From the human T2T-CHM13v2.0 reference genome, Homo sapiens, in assembly GCF_009914755.1 (NCBI RefSeq), contig NC_060931.1: 64,000 bases of DNA. One strand, given 5' to 3'. The translations under genes were made by a program, and so were the position numbers. The notes under the pieces were generated by a model that was not told where the DNA came from, ran no database searches, and saw nothing but the letters and a program-made list of their open reading frames with translations. Shown here one piece after another: positions 1 to 16,652 of this stretch; within the stretch, counting starts at the first letter, position 1, and each line of letters begins with the position of its first letter.

Positions 1-2733
1 TCATGGGAGCCCTACATAAATTGCACACCTAGCTCAAAAGAATCCATTATTTTGAGAATCCACACACCAAAATGTGGAGCTGGGGGATTATTAGAGGACT
101 GAAATAAGCAAGCTCAAAAATGAGTTCTTAGGTCTCAATTTTAAAAGTTTGTCTTCAGGAACCTCATCTTAATTAATTTATTTTTTGATGGGGTTTTGGA
201 ATTGTATAATCTATATCATTAACAATTAGGTAGCAAAAATTTTACAAATAGCTGAGTTATTAGTATTTGAAACAACACATTTTTCATTGCAAAAATTCCT
301 TTTCACTTGTTCAGCATCTACCTGTAAAAAGCAAAATTACACACATACGCTGTAATTTCAAGGGACACTCTAATATTTTCACCTACATACCAATCTAGCA
401 AAAATGTCTTCAAGGCAAGGACTTATGAGGCTTTCCTTTAAGACCAAAAAATGTATGCAGATATAAGAAAAGGAATTACCCAGAGTAAACACTTTTGGCC
501 AGGAGATTTATGAGGGGAAGGATGTCTTTCTCTGAGGGCATATATCTCAATTTTGACCGAGCTGCGATTCTCTCCATTAGTTTACATTGCTCTGTAAGCA
601 AGCAAACTCTTCTGTTTCAAGAGGACACACAAGTGTCTGAAAGCACTAAGCTGCTATACAGTGACATCAATAATTTGCAATAAATTTAAAAATCATACAG
701 TATTACAGAAACCACAAAATCATAAAGGATTGCAGAAGAGTCATTGCTGTTGGGTGTGGAGTGTAGTAGAACCAACAAAGAAATACTTGGGCCATCTTAG
801 CATCCTATAATAGTGCCCCAAATCCTGGAGGGGACCCACAGCTCTAGGAAATGTAGTGGAAAAAATTAGAGTTGTGAAAGCATATGTGCTTGATGTTGGG
901 GAAGCAGTGATGCTAATTTTAACTCTACTCTATTTACCTGGGATATATTGGGCAACTTGAACAAACTCTGGGCCTTAGGGTCTTCATCATTAAAAAGCAG
1001 AAAATACAGTAGTAACTTCCTTAGAGATTACTGAAAGAATTTAACACCTCACAAATTCCTTAAACTGTGGCAGTGCACCTGCTACAAAACAGTTCTATGG
1101 TGTTGTCTCTATGTTAAAAATGCCATAGAGACACATGAAAAAAGAGGTTAAAATTAATAATACTTTCTTACTAATTCTCATTTAATAAATTTTATATTAA
1201 TTCCCATATTATATGAGGCAAAATATTTTATTCTTTTTCCATTAGATAAATTATGACTACATGATTCCAATAAAGTCTAGAGAAACACTTTTATCCTGTT
1301 CTCTTGGCTTTGAAAGGTGTCAAGATATAAAATTTACCCTAGAGGGAAGAAATGTCAAATATGTAGACGCTTTCATTGTGATTTTTTTGTACCTCCTATA
1401 TTATTTACATTTCTTGTCATTTATATTTTATACATAATATATTTTTAAATGAAATTTAAACTTGAAAAAATTTTGATTGCTACTGCTGTCTGTATTTAAT
1501 CAACAACAAAGACACAAAATAAAATGAGAAACTCGTTTAACATATATATGTTCTAGGTAGTTTTGAAGAGCTAACATCTGATCTGATGGCAGATTTCTGA
1601 CTCAGAGATTAAAATATTATTGTGAGGAGTTCTACTAGTGTCAATTTTGAGTTAGGGTATTCAGACAAATATTAACACTGAGATCAAATTGAAAGTTGGA
1701 CAAAATAATAATAAAGTTAAAGGCATTGAGGAGTTTCGAGGCATTGAAAATTTGTGACCTAAAATCTGGGAGAATAGGGATACCAAAAGTTAAATAAGCC
1801 ATTTGGAACTCTTTTAGCTTAGAGGTATTTGCTGTTTTCAAAAAGTTTGATAGAAATGCTGAGGAGCCAAAAACAGCTATCAACAACATCATGGAAACAG
1901 GCCAAAAAAACTGGAGTTCAAGGACCACAAGGGAGGAAGGGCACGGATCAACTCCCAGCTTTTCTCTTGGGCTCTACAAAGCTACAAGCCAAGAGTAAGA
2001 GTGAACATTAAACAGACCATGCCTCACAAGACTGAAGCTCAGCTTAGAATCATTTTGATCTCTGATTGGATTAAGGTGATCAGGGATCCTAAGTACCCCT
2101 GCAGGAAGATAGCATCATGTAATGCTTCAAACCACTTGGATAGCATTTCATATACAATATCTAGCACTAAAAAATGATCAGTGATTTGAAAAGACAAGAA
2201 CATGTGGCAGAAAATAAAAGAAAGTACAGACAATATAAATAATAGAGAGATGGATAGATAAAGGAAATAGAAGGTGCAGATTATAAGTAGCTGACCAAAA
2301 AAAAATTAGTGAACTAGAAGATGAGTCAGAACAAATTATCCAGACTGATGTATGAAAAGACAAAAGGATGAGACACCCAGAAAAAAATGATGTATGTCAG
2401 ATACAGTGCAAATGATTACATATATTTGGGATCCCAGGAGGACAATGATAGTGACAAAGAAATAATAATCGAAGGGATAATGGTTGATAATTTTCTAAGA
2501 TTGTTTAAAGTTATCAAGCCACAGATTTAAAAAGTACTAGAGGTTTAGGAAGAATACATTCCAAAAAATACGCCTAATAACACCATGTTAAAAAGTTGAA
2601 AAGTTCAGACTAAGAGAAGATCCTTAAGAGAGAGAGAAAATAAAATAAAACCGAGACCTTCCAAAAAGCAACAATAAGAAATGAAGCTAACTTCTCTGCA
2701 AGATTAATGAAGACAGAAGATAATGAAATATCT

Positions 2734-3071
<338 letters not shown>

Positions 3072-3581
3072 TCAAACTAAAAATATCAATATCCAAGAAA
3101 AAGATATATGTTAATAATACATTGAAATAAATACATTTTCAGCCAAACGAAACCTGAAAGTTTGTCATCAACAAACCTTCAGTTGAAGAAATAAAAACAT
3201 TCTTCCTTCAGAAGGAAATAATCTCAGATTAAAATGGAAGGTTTATTAAACAATTAATATATATATGTGAGTAAATTAATATTAATTTAATGTATTTATA
3301 TATGTATTATTTCAGGACTTAAATATATATAATATCTATTTTTATAATATATAGTGCAATTGTAATAAAGGTAATTAATATATAAAACAACAAGAATATA
3401 GAGTTAGGAAAAGCTAAAGTAGTTAACATAGTTAATGTCTTTGTCTCATCCCTGTGGTATGTGTATGTGTTTGTGTGTGTGTGTCTGTCTGTAGGTGTGT
3501 TTAAGAGTAAACACAGTAAAAGTTAAGGATACATGCTGTATTCTTTGAAAAATCACAAAAGAATTGTAAAGGAATATATAC

Positions 3582-3915
3582 TGATATGGTTTAGCTGTAT
3601 CTCCACCCAAATCTCATCTTGAACTGTAGTTCCCATAATCCCCATATGTCCTGGGAGGGCCTGGTGGGAAGTAATTGAATCATGGGGGCTGTTACCGCCA
3701 TGCTGTTCCCCATAATAGTGAGTGAGTTCTCATGAGATCTGCACTTCTCTTTGCTGCTGAAGGAAGGATGTATTTGTTTTCTGTTTTGCCACGATTGTAA
3801 GTTTCCTGAGGCCTTCCCAGCCATGAGGAACTGTGAGTCAATTAAACCTCTTTCCTTTATAAATTACCCAGTCTTGGGTATGTCTTTATTAGCAGTGTGA
3901 GAGTGAACTAATCCA
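3582..3915 (+). mobile_element. THE1 (C/D-like) solo LTR
   Basis: tgatatggtttagctgtatctccacccaaatctcatcttgaactgtag...gaactaatcca; 5-bp TSD tatac on both sides. Confidence 0.88.
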
Positions 3916-4371
3916 TATACCTATCAAACAGAGGGGAAAGAAAATAATTTAAAAATATGTATTAAATTAATAAAAAAATCGAACACAATAAAACAACAAG
4001 AAGAACATTAAAAAGGCAGGACAAATTTAAACAAATATTAAGGTAATAGACTAAAATCCAAATATTTCAGAAATTACATTAAATATGAATGGATTTCATA
4101 CTCAATGACACATCTTTCCAGATCAGATAAAATTACCAAAAAATACAATATGTTTGTGAAAAAAACACACATGTAAATATAGGAATATCAAATAAATGAA
4201 AAGAGAAAGGGTGTAAAAAATATAGCATGTTAATTCTAACCAAAAGGAAGCTAATGTAGTTATTTTAATAACTCACAAAATAAACTTCAAATAAACGTGG
4301 ATACCAGAGATGAAGAGTATTTGACAGTGTTTCATATTTTACTATATATTATATAGATTTTATTACATATT

Positions 4372-4658
4372 TGTCTTAGTCTTGGCTGTTATAACAAAAT
4401 ACCATAGGCTTGGTGGCTTATGAACTACAGAAATTAAAATTTTAAGCTCTGGAGAATGAGACATTGAAGATCACTGTGGGGTGCCAGCAGATTCAGGCGC
4501 TGGTGAGGGCCTGCTTCCTAGAATGCCTCTCTCTGGGGTCTGTTAGAGTTCTGATGATCTAGTTACCTCCCGAAGGCCCCACATCCTAATACCATCACCT
4601 TAAGGGTTAGAATTCCAGCATATGAATTTGGGAAATATAAATGTTCAAGGCATAGCAA
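4372..4658 (-). mobile_element. MLT1A-family MaLR LTR
   Basis: tgtcttagtc...ctgttataacaaaataccataggcttggtggctta...ccatcaccttaagggttagaattccagcatatgaatttggg...catagca. Confidence 0.75.
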
Positions 4659-7600
4659 TGTTATATATTTTATATATTGCATATTTAGTATATATTTATA
4701 TAATTTTATTTTATAATCAAAAGTTTAAAATCATCAAGATGATGTGACATTTTTAGATTTGTGTTGACTTGTTAACGTAACTCTAAAATGCATGAAGAAA
4801 AAATGATTAAAATAAAAGTGCAGAAAAATTCCTAATTATAGTGAAAATTTTAAATATACATTTTCCAGTTACTATTGGATCAAGGACATCAGAGATTCTT
4901 TAAACATTTTCAACACATTTGATACCATTTAACTGCATTTAGTACAGTGAAATCATCCAATAAACTACACCAGGATACTTACTCTTTTCAAAACACAAAA
5001 TTATTATATGGGCACAGTGCTATTAAGCTAGAAATTAATGTCTAAATTAACATTGGAAATTTCCTACAAATAAGACATTAAGAAATTCACTTGAAATAAT
5101 TCATTAAAAAGAAATCAGTAAAATTAGAGAATATTTTAATTGTATTACAAATGCTAAAAATGAAATAAGTGACGCATAATTAAGCCACAGTTACAGAGGC
5201 AATAATGGTCAGAAACATATATTTTAGAAAAGACAGAGGCTGAAGATCTATTTTTAAGTATTCATCCTAAGAAACAAGTAAAAGAATAGTTAATACATGC
5301 AAAGGAGGCAGAAAGAAGGAAATAATACCATAGAAAGGAAATCAGAGAAAAGTAACCTACACAGAGATGTTGAGGAAAATAAGAAAAAGAAAAGCAATAA
5401 TCAATACCGTGAATGGTAAAAGGGCAACATGAGGATCTAGTAGATATTAAAAATATAAAAAGATTTTGAACAAATTTATGCAAGCAAATTTAAACGTTTG
5501 AATGGCATGGACAGGTTCGTAGAAAAATATAGCTTATTAAAATCAACACAGAAAAATGGAAAAATTTGAAGTGTTTATTATATATTAATGACACTGAACT
5601 CATAAGCAATGATCTACCAAAGATAAAAATTAATTCCAAAAGCTAAACTACAGTTTATCAAAATCACTTATGAGGTTAGCATAACCTTGGAAATCATAAG
5701 ACATCTCACCCATGAATATAGACGAAAATTCCTACAGAAATTACTAAACTGTATCTAGCTATCTATGAATATAAATTTAGTTTTAAATTTAGGTGTAAAT
5801 ATAAATTAAAAATATAAGTTATAGGATAAATAAATCACAACCAAGTTGCTCCTCAACCTAGAAATTTAATTTCAGCTTAACTGTAAAAAATTAATCACGG
5901 TAATTCACTGTATTAACAACAGAATTGAGGAGAAAAAAATGATCATATTAATAGATCAAGCTAACGCATTTTATAAAATAGCATCTATATAAAATTAAAA
6001 AACTGTTTGCATACTTAGAAAATAATAGCTTTAATCTGATTATGTTTATCTCCAATTTATCTATTTCAAACATTACATGAAATGGTAAAGTATTGAAAGC
6101 TAATGTGTCTGGGATTGAGAGGGGGCTACCACCTCTTCTATTCAAATTTGTACTGGAGGATCTCTGTAGTATGAAATTTATGTGATACAAGTAATGTGCA
6201 TAATAATCGAAGAGAAAAATAAAGCTCATTAACACAGGGTGGATTGAAAAAATAATTTATGTCCACAGATAATGATAGTTAAAAATAAGCCTCTGGATTC
6301 AAGATGAACAAGCAACGTCAAATGTATTCCCTTATGTGAACAACAAGCAGCTATTGAAATGAAGTTCAAAAAGATATAGTTTACATTAGCAACAAAGTCA
6401 CATTTATGTAAAAATAAATGTAACAAAAGATGTTAAAGAACATTTGCATTATACTGCATTGTAAAAATATTATAATTAATAAACTGGAGGTTTACATTAG
6501 ATAGAAGGAAAACCATATTTATACATGGGAAGAGCAAATATTTCAAATATGTAAATTTTCTTCAAATCAATAAATTAACATAACCATAATAATTGTTCAA
6601 CCATTTATGTCTTTGAGCATATGTGTGTGTGTGTGCAAGAGAGAGTGAGACAGAGAGAGAAAGAAAGCATATGTGCAAAATAACTGATTCTACAATTTAC
6701 ATGAAATTTCAAAAGGACAAGAATAGACAAAACATTTTTAAGGAGAACAAAGTGAGAAGACATACTCTACCAAATATCAAGAACTATTATGAATCCACAT
6801 AAATAATTCAGTGTGGTAATAATATAATAAGTGGGAATTGGACCAATGAAACAAAGAAGAGAGACTCCAAAGTCAGATTCATACTGGTATGAACACTTTA
6901 TTTATGATAAAACTGGAACTATATAATATCAATGGAATATATATGTGTATGTATGTATACATACATATATACAAACACACATACACACACACATAGTTAT
7001 GGTGCTGAGTCAACTAGCTATCAAAATCGAACAAAAAAAGAGAAAAAAAGAAAACCCCTACCTCATACCAAATACAAATATTAAATCCCAGTAAATTCTA
7101 GATATAAAAGTAAAAAGCAAACCAATAAGGCATAGATATTATAGGAGAATATCTTTGTGACGTTGAGAAAGGGGAATATTTGTTAAACAATACACACGAA
7201 AGGCCCTATTAATTATAAAGGGAATAATGATTGGTCTACACCAACATTTGAAATTTCTTTACATTAAAAGACACGACTGGGATAGTGAAAATGTGACCAA
7301 GAGAGTGGGAGTAAATACCTGCAACATATACAACAGTCAAATAATTTGTATTTAAAAATATATAAATAAATCTTACTAACACAACAATGCAATTAAAAAT
7401 GTGCATTTGACATGAATGTATGCATGCATACGCCCTGATGGATAAGAATGTTGTTAATGGCACAAATTATATTAGCCCAAATCTAGAAAAATTCTAACAT
7501 CCATCAACTGTAGAATGTATATAAGCATTCACAAAATCGAGTATAATATATGCAATGAAATAAATTGTAACTCTATGCAACAATAAAGATATGTATCACA

Positions 7601-7824
7601 AACGTAAGGTTGGGTGGAAGTAGCTGTACACAAATAATTGCATGTATTTAATTCCATTTATATACAGGTCAGAATAGGTAGGGAATCAAGATAGAGGGTA
7701 TCTTTGGGAAGGCAACTGGTGATGGAGCCAAGGAAGAGGCATGAATGGAGTTTCTGGATTGTGGACAGTCTTCATTATTTTTGACTTGTGGTCATCTTTG
7801 TGAAGCTACATGTATAAATAGACC

Positions 7825-8260
7825 TATTTGGGGTGTGTTCCCTGGAAGCAGAGCCTGGTTGTGTGTGATTCATTGAGACAGAGCTCTTCAAGGAAAGCAG
7901 TGAAGGAGGAGAGGGAAAGAGAGGACACTAAGAAGGATGCAGTGTTAGTCAAAGGTGAGACTTAAATAGGAGTTGACTTAACTCATCCAAGGTAAGGCTC
8001 TGGACCATAACTCACATCCCCACCTGCCTTCAGAAAAGGGGCAGACACTTTTAGCCAATGTATATCAGTTAGTAGCTGAGCACACATCCTCTTCAGTGGG
8101 TTGCTGCTGAGGATTATAGCCTCTCCTCCCAGCTAACCCCTGGTCAATTCTCCAGAGAGGGACCAGTAGCTAGGACTACTGTTAGCACTCAGATGTTAAA
8201 GCAGCGGAGAATGGGTATCCCCGATGGTGAAGCATAGAGCACCAAAGCATCTATCAATGA
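7825..8260 (-). mobile_element. Old MLT1 (H/I/J-like) LTR fragment
   Basis: gggtgtgttccctggaagcagagcctg...ctctggaccataa motifs; highly diverged. Confidence 0.4.
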
Positions 8261-9262
8261 CATGAACCCTGTTGTTGTGGAAATTACATATTCAAATGTT
8301 CTCAGTATTAATGCCATGGGCTAAAGTCATGAATCTCATAAAAGAGCACTATCCAAAGAGCAGGAACTTGCTAATCAGGTTTACTTAGGGATATTCCTCA
8401 TCCACAGCCTCTCCACAGTAAACCAAACCTCCAAGCATTTTTCTGAATGCTTTTTTTTCTGTCCAATGGTTGATTTTCAAGAATGCTCCATCCCGTCTTT
8501 ATCATGTGGATGCCTCCTTATGAGTTTTATTAATTTCATCATCTCTGGCATCCATTGACTAATGAGTCTTTCCTTCATGATTTTCTTTTCTGCTGGGTCT
8601 GCAGAGGGGACAAGTGTGCATGGATCTGTTGGTATGGAAAGAAGAAAGAAGGATAGCGGGGGCATCTCACTATGAATGTATTCTTTCTTAAATCTTTAAA
8701 ATGCAAAATGCTTAATGTCTCGAAGAAAACCTCTCATCTAGGCTTGATGGGAGTCATATTCTGCCATTAATGAAACACAAACATCCCTCCTTCCCTCACC
8801 TTGTTACATTTAAAGAGACTGAATTTGACCAAATTACTTTCCCTGAACCATAAATTGCTTCTCTGGCCACAAACAGGAAAGGCCATCTCATTTATCCACA
8901 AAAACATTTCTTTGAACTTTGAATATTCTCATCTCCGATATAATGTAATGTGATAAATCTCACATTGAGGGAGGTTAAAATTATAGAAGGTATGGGGGAA
9001 TTAACTTTCCCTTTAGCATGGTGGGAGATGAGACTAAAGAGGTGTAATAGGATGATATTATTGAGTGTCATATTTCCAAAAACATTTATTAAGCACCTAA
9101 CACTTACTAGACATTGGAACTACAGAAGTAAATATTTTCTTTGAGAAAGATATTGGAATGGTATATTTTACTCTTAATCAATGGCCATATTAAGCAAGAT
9201 AGTCATGTTGTTCTGTGTGTGGTTAAGATGTACAACTCCCTGGATAAAGTGAAGGATAGATC

Positions 9263-9721
<459 letters not shown>

Positions 9722-11475
9722 TCAATGGATTTTGTGATGAACTTAAGGGAGGAAGTGAGAAGGAATTAAATGATGACTGGATTGCTCTCAGATTTCTCTC
9801 CAGTGTAACTTTTGGTAATGTTGAAGGGCATGTCCGTGAAGGTAGGCAGAAGAAGAGATTTAAGGAAGAAGATGCAGGATTTGATCTGTGGTAACCAGAA
9901 TTTGTGATACTTGAAGAAAAAGATGTTTGGCATATTTAAGAATTCTAAAGCTCTGCTGAGGGAAATCCATCAATCACTTTTTTAAATGTATTCTGGAAAT
10001 TACCTGGTTTTTAAAAATTCGATTTAATAATAAAAATATGGTTCATATAAAATGTTTTATAGTTGATAACTATACTGACATCTACAAAACTTGTTATTTT
10101 CCAGTGCTGGCAAGTAATTTTACTAGCTTTTAATCATGTGAATTTGTTTTAATTATCACTGTAGAAAAAGAAAAACGACATCCAAAGAGGGTATGCGACT
10201 GTGTCGAGTTCAACAGAAGAATGAGGACTGCACAATTCCATCTAGTTCCTGTTTGAAAGCTCTTTTGTCCACATGACCATTTCCCTTATGGACTCTCCTT
10301 CTACTTTTGTGGGATTGTTTTTCTAATTAGAAAATTCATTTTAGCAGTATTCTTATCATTCCAAAAGTTAATTACCCGTGCACTGTGGCATGAGCTTCAT
10401 ATCTGTTGAATTTCTTCACCTTTAATAAAGATCATTAAAAGGGAATTAGTGGCTTACTTGTAATTTCTAAAATTTTTATATACATGAGCTCAAAACAATC
10501 ATAGATATTACCTCATATTACAGGTGAAGAAATAGAGCCACAAAGAGGAATCAAATCTAAAACCCATATTCTCACTACACTATGGTATTAAATTATTCTC
10601 TCATGTTAAGGTCAAGACACCTATTATGTATCTCCTAACTCTGGCTGTCAAATAAAAATCAGCTAATACACGCCACTGTAGTGGCAAACAACTACCCTTC
10701 TATAATTCATTCTTAATATAGTGACATTAAGCTCTAATCACAAAAATCACTAAAATCAAGTCAGCTTCCAGTTTATCACAAGGGAACATAATTTCGTCAT
10801 ATTATTCAGTAGGCCTTTTTTGATACTCTCGCACACACGTGACACACATGTGAGTGTGCACACACACAGACACTAAAAGAAATATAGTTCTTAATATCTC
10901 TTCTAAGTAGCCCTCAATGATACAGTACACACATTTAAAGTAAAAGAAATAAAGTTAGAAAATGCAAACAATACAGAAAAATGCAAAATTGCAAGGGAAA
11001 TTATTTAATCTACCTCATACCTAAGACCTCTTTCCAAATCTAAACACTGACAATAGATTTTTCCATTACTTCTTTCATAAGCACATATCCATATTTATAT
11101 AAATAGGCATTTGTTTATATACTTATATATGTTCACACACATTTATTGTCTGTTTAGTAAACATTATTATACTATGCACACTTGTTTTCCTCACTTAATG
11201 TCAGATCTTAAAAGATATGTTTCTAACATATATATTATGTTTGTCTTTGGGTCAGCATAATTACAGACATAGATTTAGAGCTGCCCAATCCAGTCATATT
11301 CAGTATCACATTGTCTTTAAAACAGAATAGATTTTCTAGTTAAGTGATTTTTAACATTCACACATTTTCAGGAAAACATGGTTAGTTGTTTTTAAATATA
11401 TCTTCTCCCTTTCTAAGATTAAAACCTGCTGGCCCGAGTAATTTGAACACATCACCAAGAAATAATTCAATATAA

Positions 11476-11811
<336 letters not shown>

Positions 11812-12477
11812 TAAACATCTATAATTAGTATTTCTACTCTTTAATCATTTTTAATTTTACATTCTGTATTTGTGCTTTTTTCTGTATTCCAGGAAATTTT
11901 GCTATTGTCCCATAGATTTCACTGTTATCCATGCAAGGACTACATTAAGTGGAAGGATTCTAAACATTACCTTTGAGCACAATATGTTGATAAATTTTAA
12001 TAGGTTTAAATAATCCATGTTGAGTAGCTGTATATATCTTTGGTTGCATCACTGATTATTTAAGACAAATTCTTTGAAGTGGGATTATTGAGTCAGGAAA
12101 ATGAATCCCAATGTTAAGACACATCAGAGACTTTGATGTAGGGGTATAGACAGTACTGATGTTTTTCTTGTTGAACAAGTTCCTCTCTATGAATAATGCA
12201 CAAACCACTGCTTGCCAAGTAGAAAAAGTGAAATGCCACTGGGAAATGAAATACATGGGTAGACTGAAAAGAGGAAGCTTTTGAGATGTGTTAGTGGAGG
12301 ATAATAACTTAAAATTAAACATCTATTTAAAACAGAAACTTTGATGGTATCGTGTGGAATTCTGCCCAAGGGAAAGGAAGAGTAAAGGAGAAGCTGGACA
12401 TGCACAATATTGCTATGAGCAGAAACCCTAAAAATGGTCTGGGGTGTGAGGCAGATTGAGTAGACAATCCTAGTACA

Positions 12478-12850
12478 TGCTATGGGTTAAATGTTTGTGC
12501 CCCTGCCCTGCCTAAAAATGTTCTTATGTTGAAGCCCTCATCCCCAAGGTGATATTATTTGAAGGTGTGGTCTTTGGGAGGCGATTCGGTTTTCATGAGG
12601 TCATGGGTGTGGGGCATCCATGATAGGGTTGGTGCCCTTTAAGAAGATTTCTGTATCCCTCAGCCCATCTCCCCACTGGCCACCATGTGAGGACATAAGA
12701 AGAAAGAGGCCATAGGTAAGCCAGGAAGAGAGGCTTCACCAAGAATGGGACCAGGCTAGCACCTGGATCTTGGACTTCCAGCCTCCAGAATTGTAAACAA
12801 TTGTTGTTTTAGCCACCCAACCTGTAGTATTCTGTTACGGCAGCCTGACA
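12478..12850 (+). mobile_element. MLT1A-family LTR
   Basis: tgctatgggttaaatgtttgtg...ccatgtgaggaca...ttggacttccagcctccagaattgt...gtattctgttacggcagcc. Confidence 0.78.
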
Positions 12851-13484
12851 GTATGTAAGCTGGGAGCAGGATACACTGGACAATATGGTGGGAGAGAAGA
12901 TACTCATCTCAATCTCATGAGTTGTGCTGGGCTTCGGCAATGCAACAGGGAGAAGCTCCAGGAGACAGGCTGCCCTGAAAAGACAGATGAGTGCACATGA
13001 CTCCATCAGCGGAGGACACCCAGAACTCGCTAATGCCCTCTTAGAAAATGCCGTGGAGGGAGTTCAAATGAAGCTGCAGGATTTGGCTGTAGGATCCTGA
13101 GATTATGTGAAATATATTATGACAGTTTACACTGCAGGGCTTGCTAGAAGTGGATATTTCCACTGAATTTGAACAGTTTGCTGAACAGAACATAAAGAAG
13201 ATTTGGCCCCAGAGGGTTGAAGCCTGCCAAGGAGGGAAGAAAAAAGAAAAGAGAGACATAGCAGCGAAGGCTGAGCTGAAAGCAGCATCCCTGTCTTCCT
13301 CCTTTTCTTACACTCCAAGGACAGCACCAACTGACCAGCTGTGTCATCCCAGCAGCTTCTAAAGTGTTCTCCTCTCTCTATTTTTATAAGAATCACACAA
13401 TGCACAGCACTACCCAGGCCATGATTGCTCCCAGCTCTCCCCACAATGATTCCTCCATCCAATGGGCACCACGTAGGTGTAGCT

Positions 13485-13807
13485 TATCTTAGTCACTTTG
13501 GGCAGCTTGAACAACAGACATTTATTTCTCACAGTTCTGGAGGCTGGAAATTCATCAAGGCACCAGCTGATCTAGTGTTGGATAACGGCCCACTTCATGA
13601 TTTTCAGACAATGCTTCTTGCTGTTTCCTCACATGGCAGAGACAGACGCAGAGAGAAAGTGAGCTGTTGTGTCTCTTCTTATAAGGGCACTTGTCCCAGG
13701 CATGAGGGCTCTGCCCTGTTGTCCTAATCATCTCTTGAAGGACCCACATTTCTTCACATTGGGGATTAGGATTTCAACATATAAAACAAACATTCACTCC
13801 ATAACAC
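13485..13807 (-). mobile_element. MLT1A0-like LTR
   Basis: aacaacagacatttatttctcacagttctggaggctgg...tctcttcttataagggcac...ggggattaggatttcaacatat...ccataaca. Confidence 0.75.
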
Positions 13808-15199
13808 AGCCTCTGCTCAATTTGACCAATGTTCTTTTTTTCTGTTTGCAAATGGAAGGGTTGCATTTTTTCATGAAGATTTATCATAAGGACATGCACA
13901 ATAAGAGAAATAATTTGGAGGGTGGTTTCTTGTACTGCTGTATGTGAATAAGTAAGTGTTGAAGGATACTCTTGTAGGTCTCTCCTTTTGTGCTGGTAAG
14001 ACCTTGGCATACTGTCTTCCTAGGCTCTACACAGATGATGTGGACATTAAATATGCTTAGTTTCCTCCTTGCCCCCTTGGGCTCAATCTGTCCATTTAAG
14101 AAAAAATGAATGGGTAACGTATCATGAGCGCTACAATTTCTTGAATTTAGAAAGGTATGCAAAGACAAGTAAGAAAAACGCAACACTCTACTGTTTTAAA
14201 ACTATTTTGTGAATTTTGGAGGACTAATACAGCCAGAAATTAAGGTGTAAAAATAAGAGATGTGAAAACCTTTGACAAAATAAGAAGTAGAAATTAGAAA
14301 TGCAAAAAAAAAATACTTTCATATCACTGGTTTTTTCCATTAAAATACAATTTTTCCATTGTGGGATATTTTAATCAAAATTACACCAGGGAACTGAAAT
14401 GAAACCATTAGACTGTAGTGAGTTTATTTATCTAACCAGGGGATCACACCAGTTTCAAAGCAATTTTGTTGCATTTTCATTTCTTGCTGTGTCATGTCGC
14501 ATATCAGAGATGCAATTGAAAATGAAATTATCTGTAACCATGTCACCTTAATAGTATTTATTTAAAATGCAAGTGTTCTTCTCTGGCACTTTATTAATTC
14601 TAAGAATACAGTATGGTAATTTTAACTAAGGACTATGCATAAAATTAAATTTTAAGATGGGCTGAAAATCCAGTTGGCAAGTAATGGGATTTGTGAGTAT
14701 GCATGTGTAACGAGTAGCACACATAGACACACTGCACCCAGGAGAGGGAGAATTCTGAAATAAAGGATGCTTAGTTCATTTTGCTCTCTCAAAACAGCAC
14801 ACTCTGACTGAATGGGCCAGAGTGGGTCCATTTGCCTCATTTACCTATATGGAAAAAAAATCTGAAGGGTTCCTTTAACATGTAAGAAACTAACAGCTGG
14901 GGTTCTCAGGAGTGAATAATCTTACACTGGGATGTTAACAATATTCATTTTATTAAACCATTACCTTGAGCAAAATATTTACATCAAACTACAAAGAACA
15001 CGGAGTCAGAATTTTTTTTTAGAAAAAATCAGGTACAGTTCCTCATCACTGCTTCTCAGCTGGACAGAATCTCTCTCCAGGATGGCTGTGGGCAGAGGCT
15101 CATCCACACTGCGGATTCTCTTTACTTGAGCATGTTTTACTTTCTGCAGCTTCTTATCTCAATGTCCCATATTGTTGTCATGTACACAAGTCTGCTCAA

Positions 15200-15480
15200 G
15201 GTTCCTGTGTATGTGTTGGGGAGTAGGTGTGTGCCTGTGTTTGTGTGTGCATGCCTGCATGTGTCTCTTTGTGAATGGGTGTGTCTGTATGTATATGTAT
15301 GCCTGGACGTGTCTAGGTGTGTGTCTGTGTGGGTGCATGTATATATGTATGTCTGGGTATTTGTGTGTATGTATATATGTGTGTTTGTGTGTAAGGGTGT
15401 GTTTCTCTGTGTTTATGTGTGTGTGCATGTGTGTCTGGGTGTCGGGGGTGTGGGAAGGTGGATGTGGATGTGCGTTTGTC
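15200..15480. repeat. Degenerate (TG)n/(TGTA)n simple repeat
   Basis: Long interrupted GT-rich run; explains the C/V/M-rich and H/T-rich spurious ORFs. Confidence 0.85.
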
Positions 15481-16168
15481 TCTGCTGAAAATTTTAATCC
15501 ACTTATTACATAAGGACTTGTCCAATGCTCATTTTAGTTATCATCTTTCTAAGTTCATACCCGGAGATTTTTGTTTACAGTAAATTACCTCAGCAAAATG
15601 CTTCCAATTTATATTAATTCTCACTTCTGTTTATTTGCACCTGTAAATTTTCTAATGAAATAATTTGGAGCTCTAGTTTTATGTGCGTGTTTCTGTGTCT
15701 GTGTGCTGATAGGAAAGATATTTTATTTCGAATTGGAATATGAGCAAAAAAGGGATTCCCAGAGGCCTGGAGCCCCAGTGCTGAGGCACCTGCTTTGTAC
15801 AATCCCATTACACAGCTATCTGGCCTCAGGGAGGCTGGGACTGGTCCAACCTAATCATCCTGCCCTCAGTCTTACATGCACTACAATATGCTTCTCCTGC
15901 TTCTTTGTCATTTGAAAACTGTAGTGAGGGTTTTGGCTTAAGTGACCCTGCCTGACACACAAGTGATGGCATTAAATATACTTTGGACTGTGTTATGTAG
16001 GAAACCCTTATCCACCACATCTAAAAACTTTGAAGTCCTAAAAAGCTCATATAGCAAAGCCAAAAAGTGCTATATTTACTCATTTTAAATTTTTAAATGG
16101 CCAATTACTTTATATAATAATAACATTATGGAAGCTGGAAAAGAAAATGGTATTAAAAGAGTGAGAGA

Positions 16169-16588
<420 letters not shown>

Positions 16589-16652
16589 TTATTCCTACCT
16601 AAAATCTCCATGTGAAAATACCATATGAGAAAAAGGAAAACAGAAGAATACC

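Noticed and set aside
15126-15525. Four overlapping C/V-rich or H/T-rich ORFs
   Set aside because: Translations of a (TG)n simple repeat.
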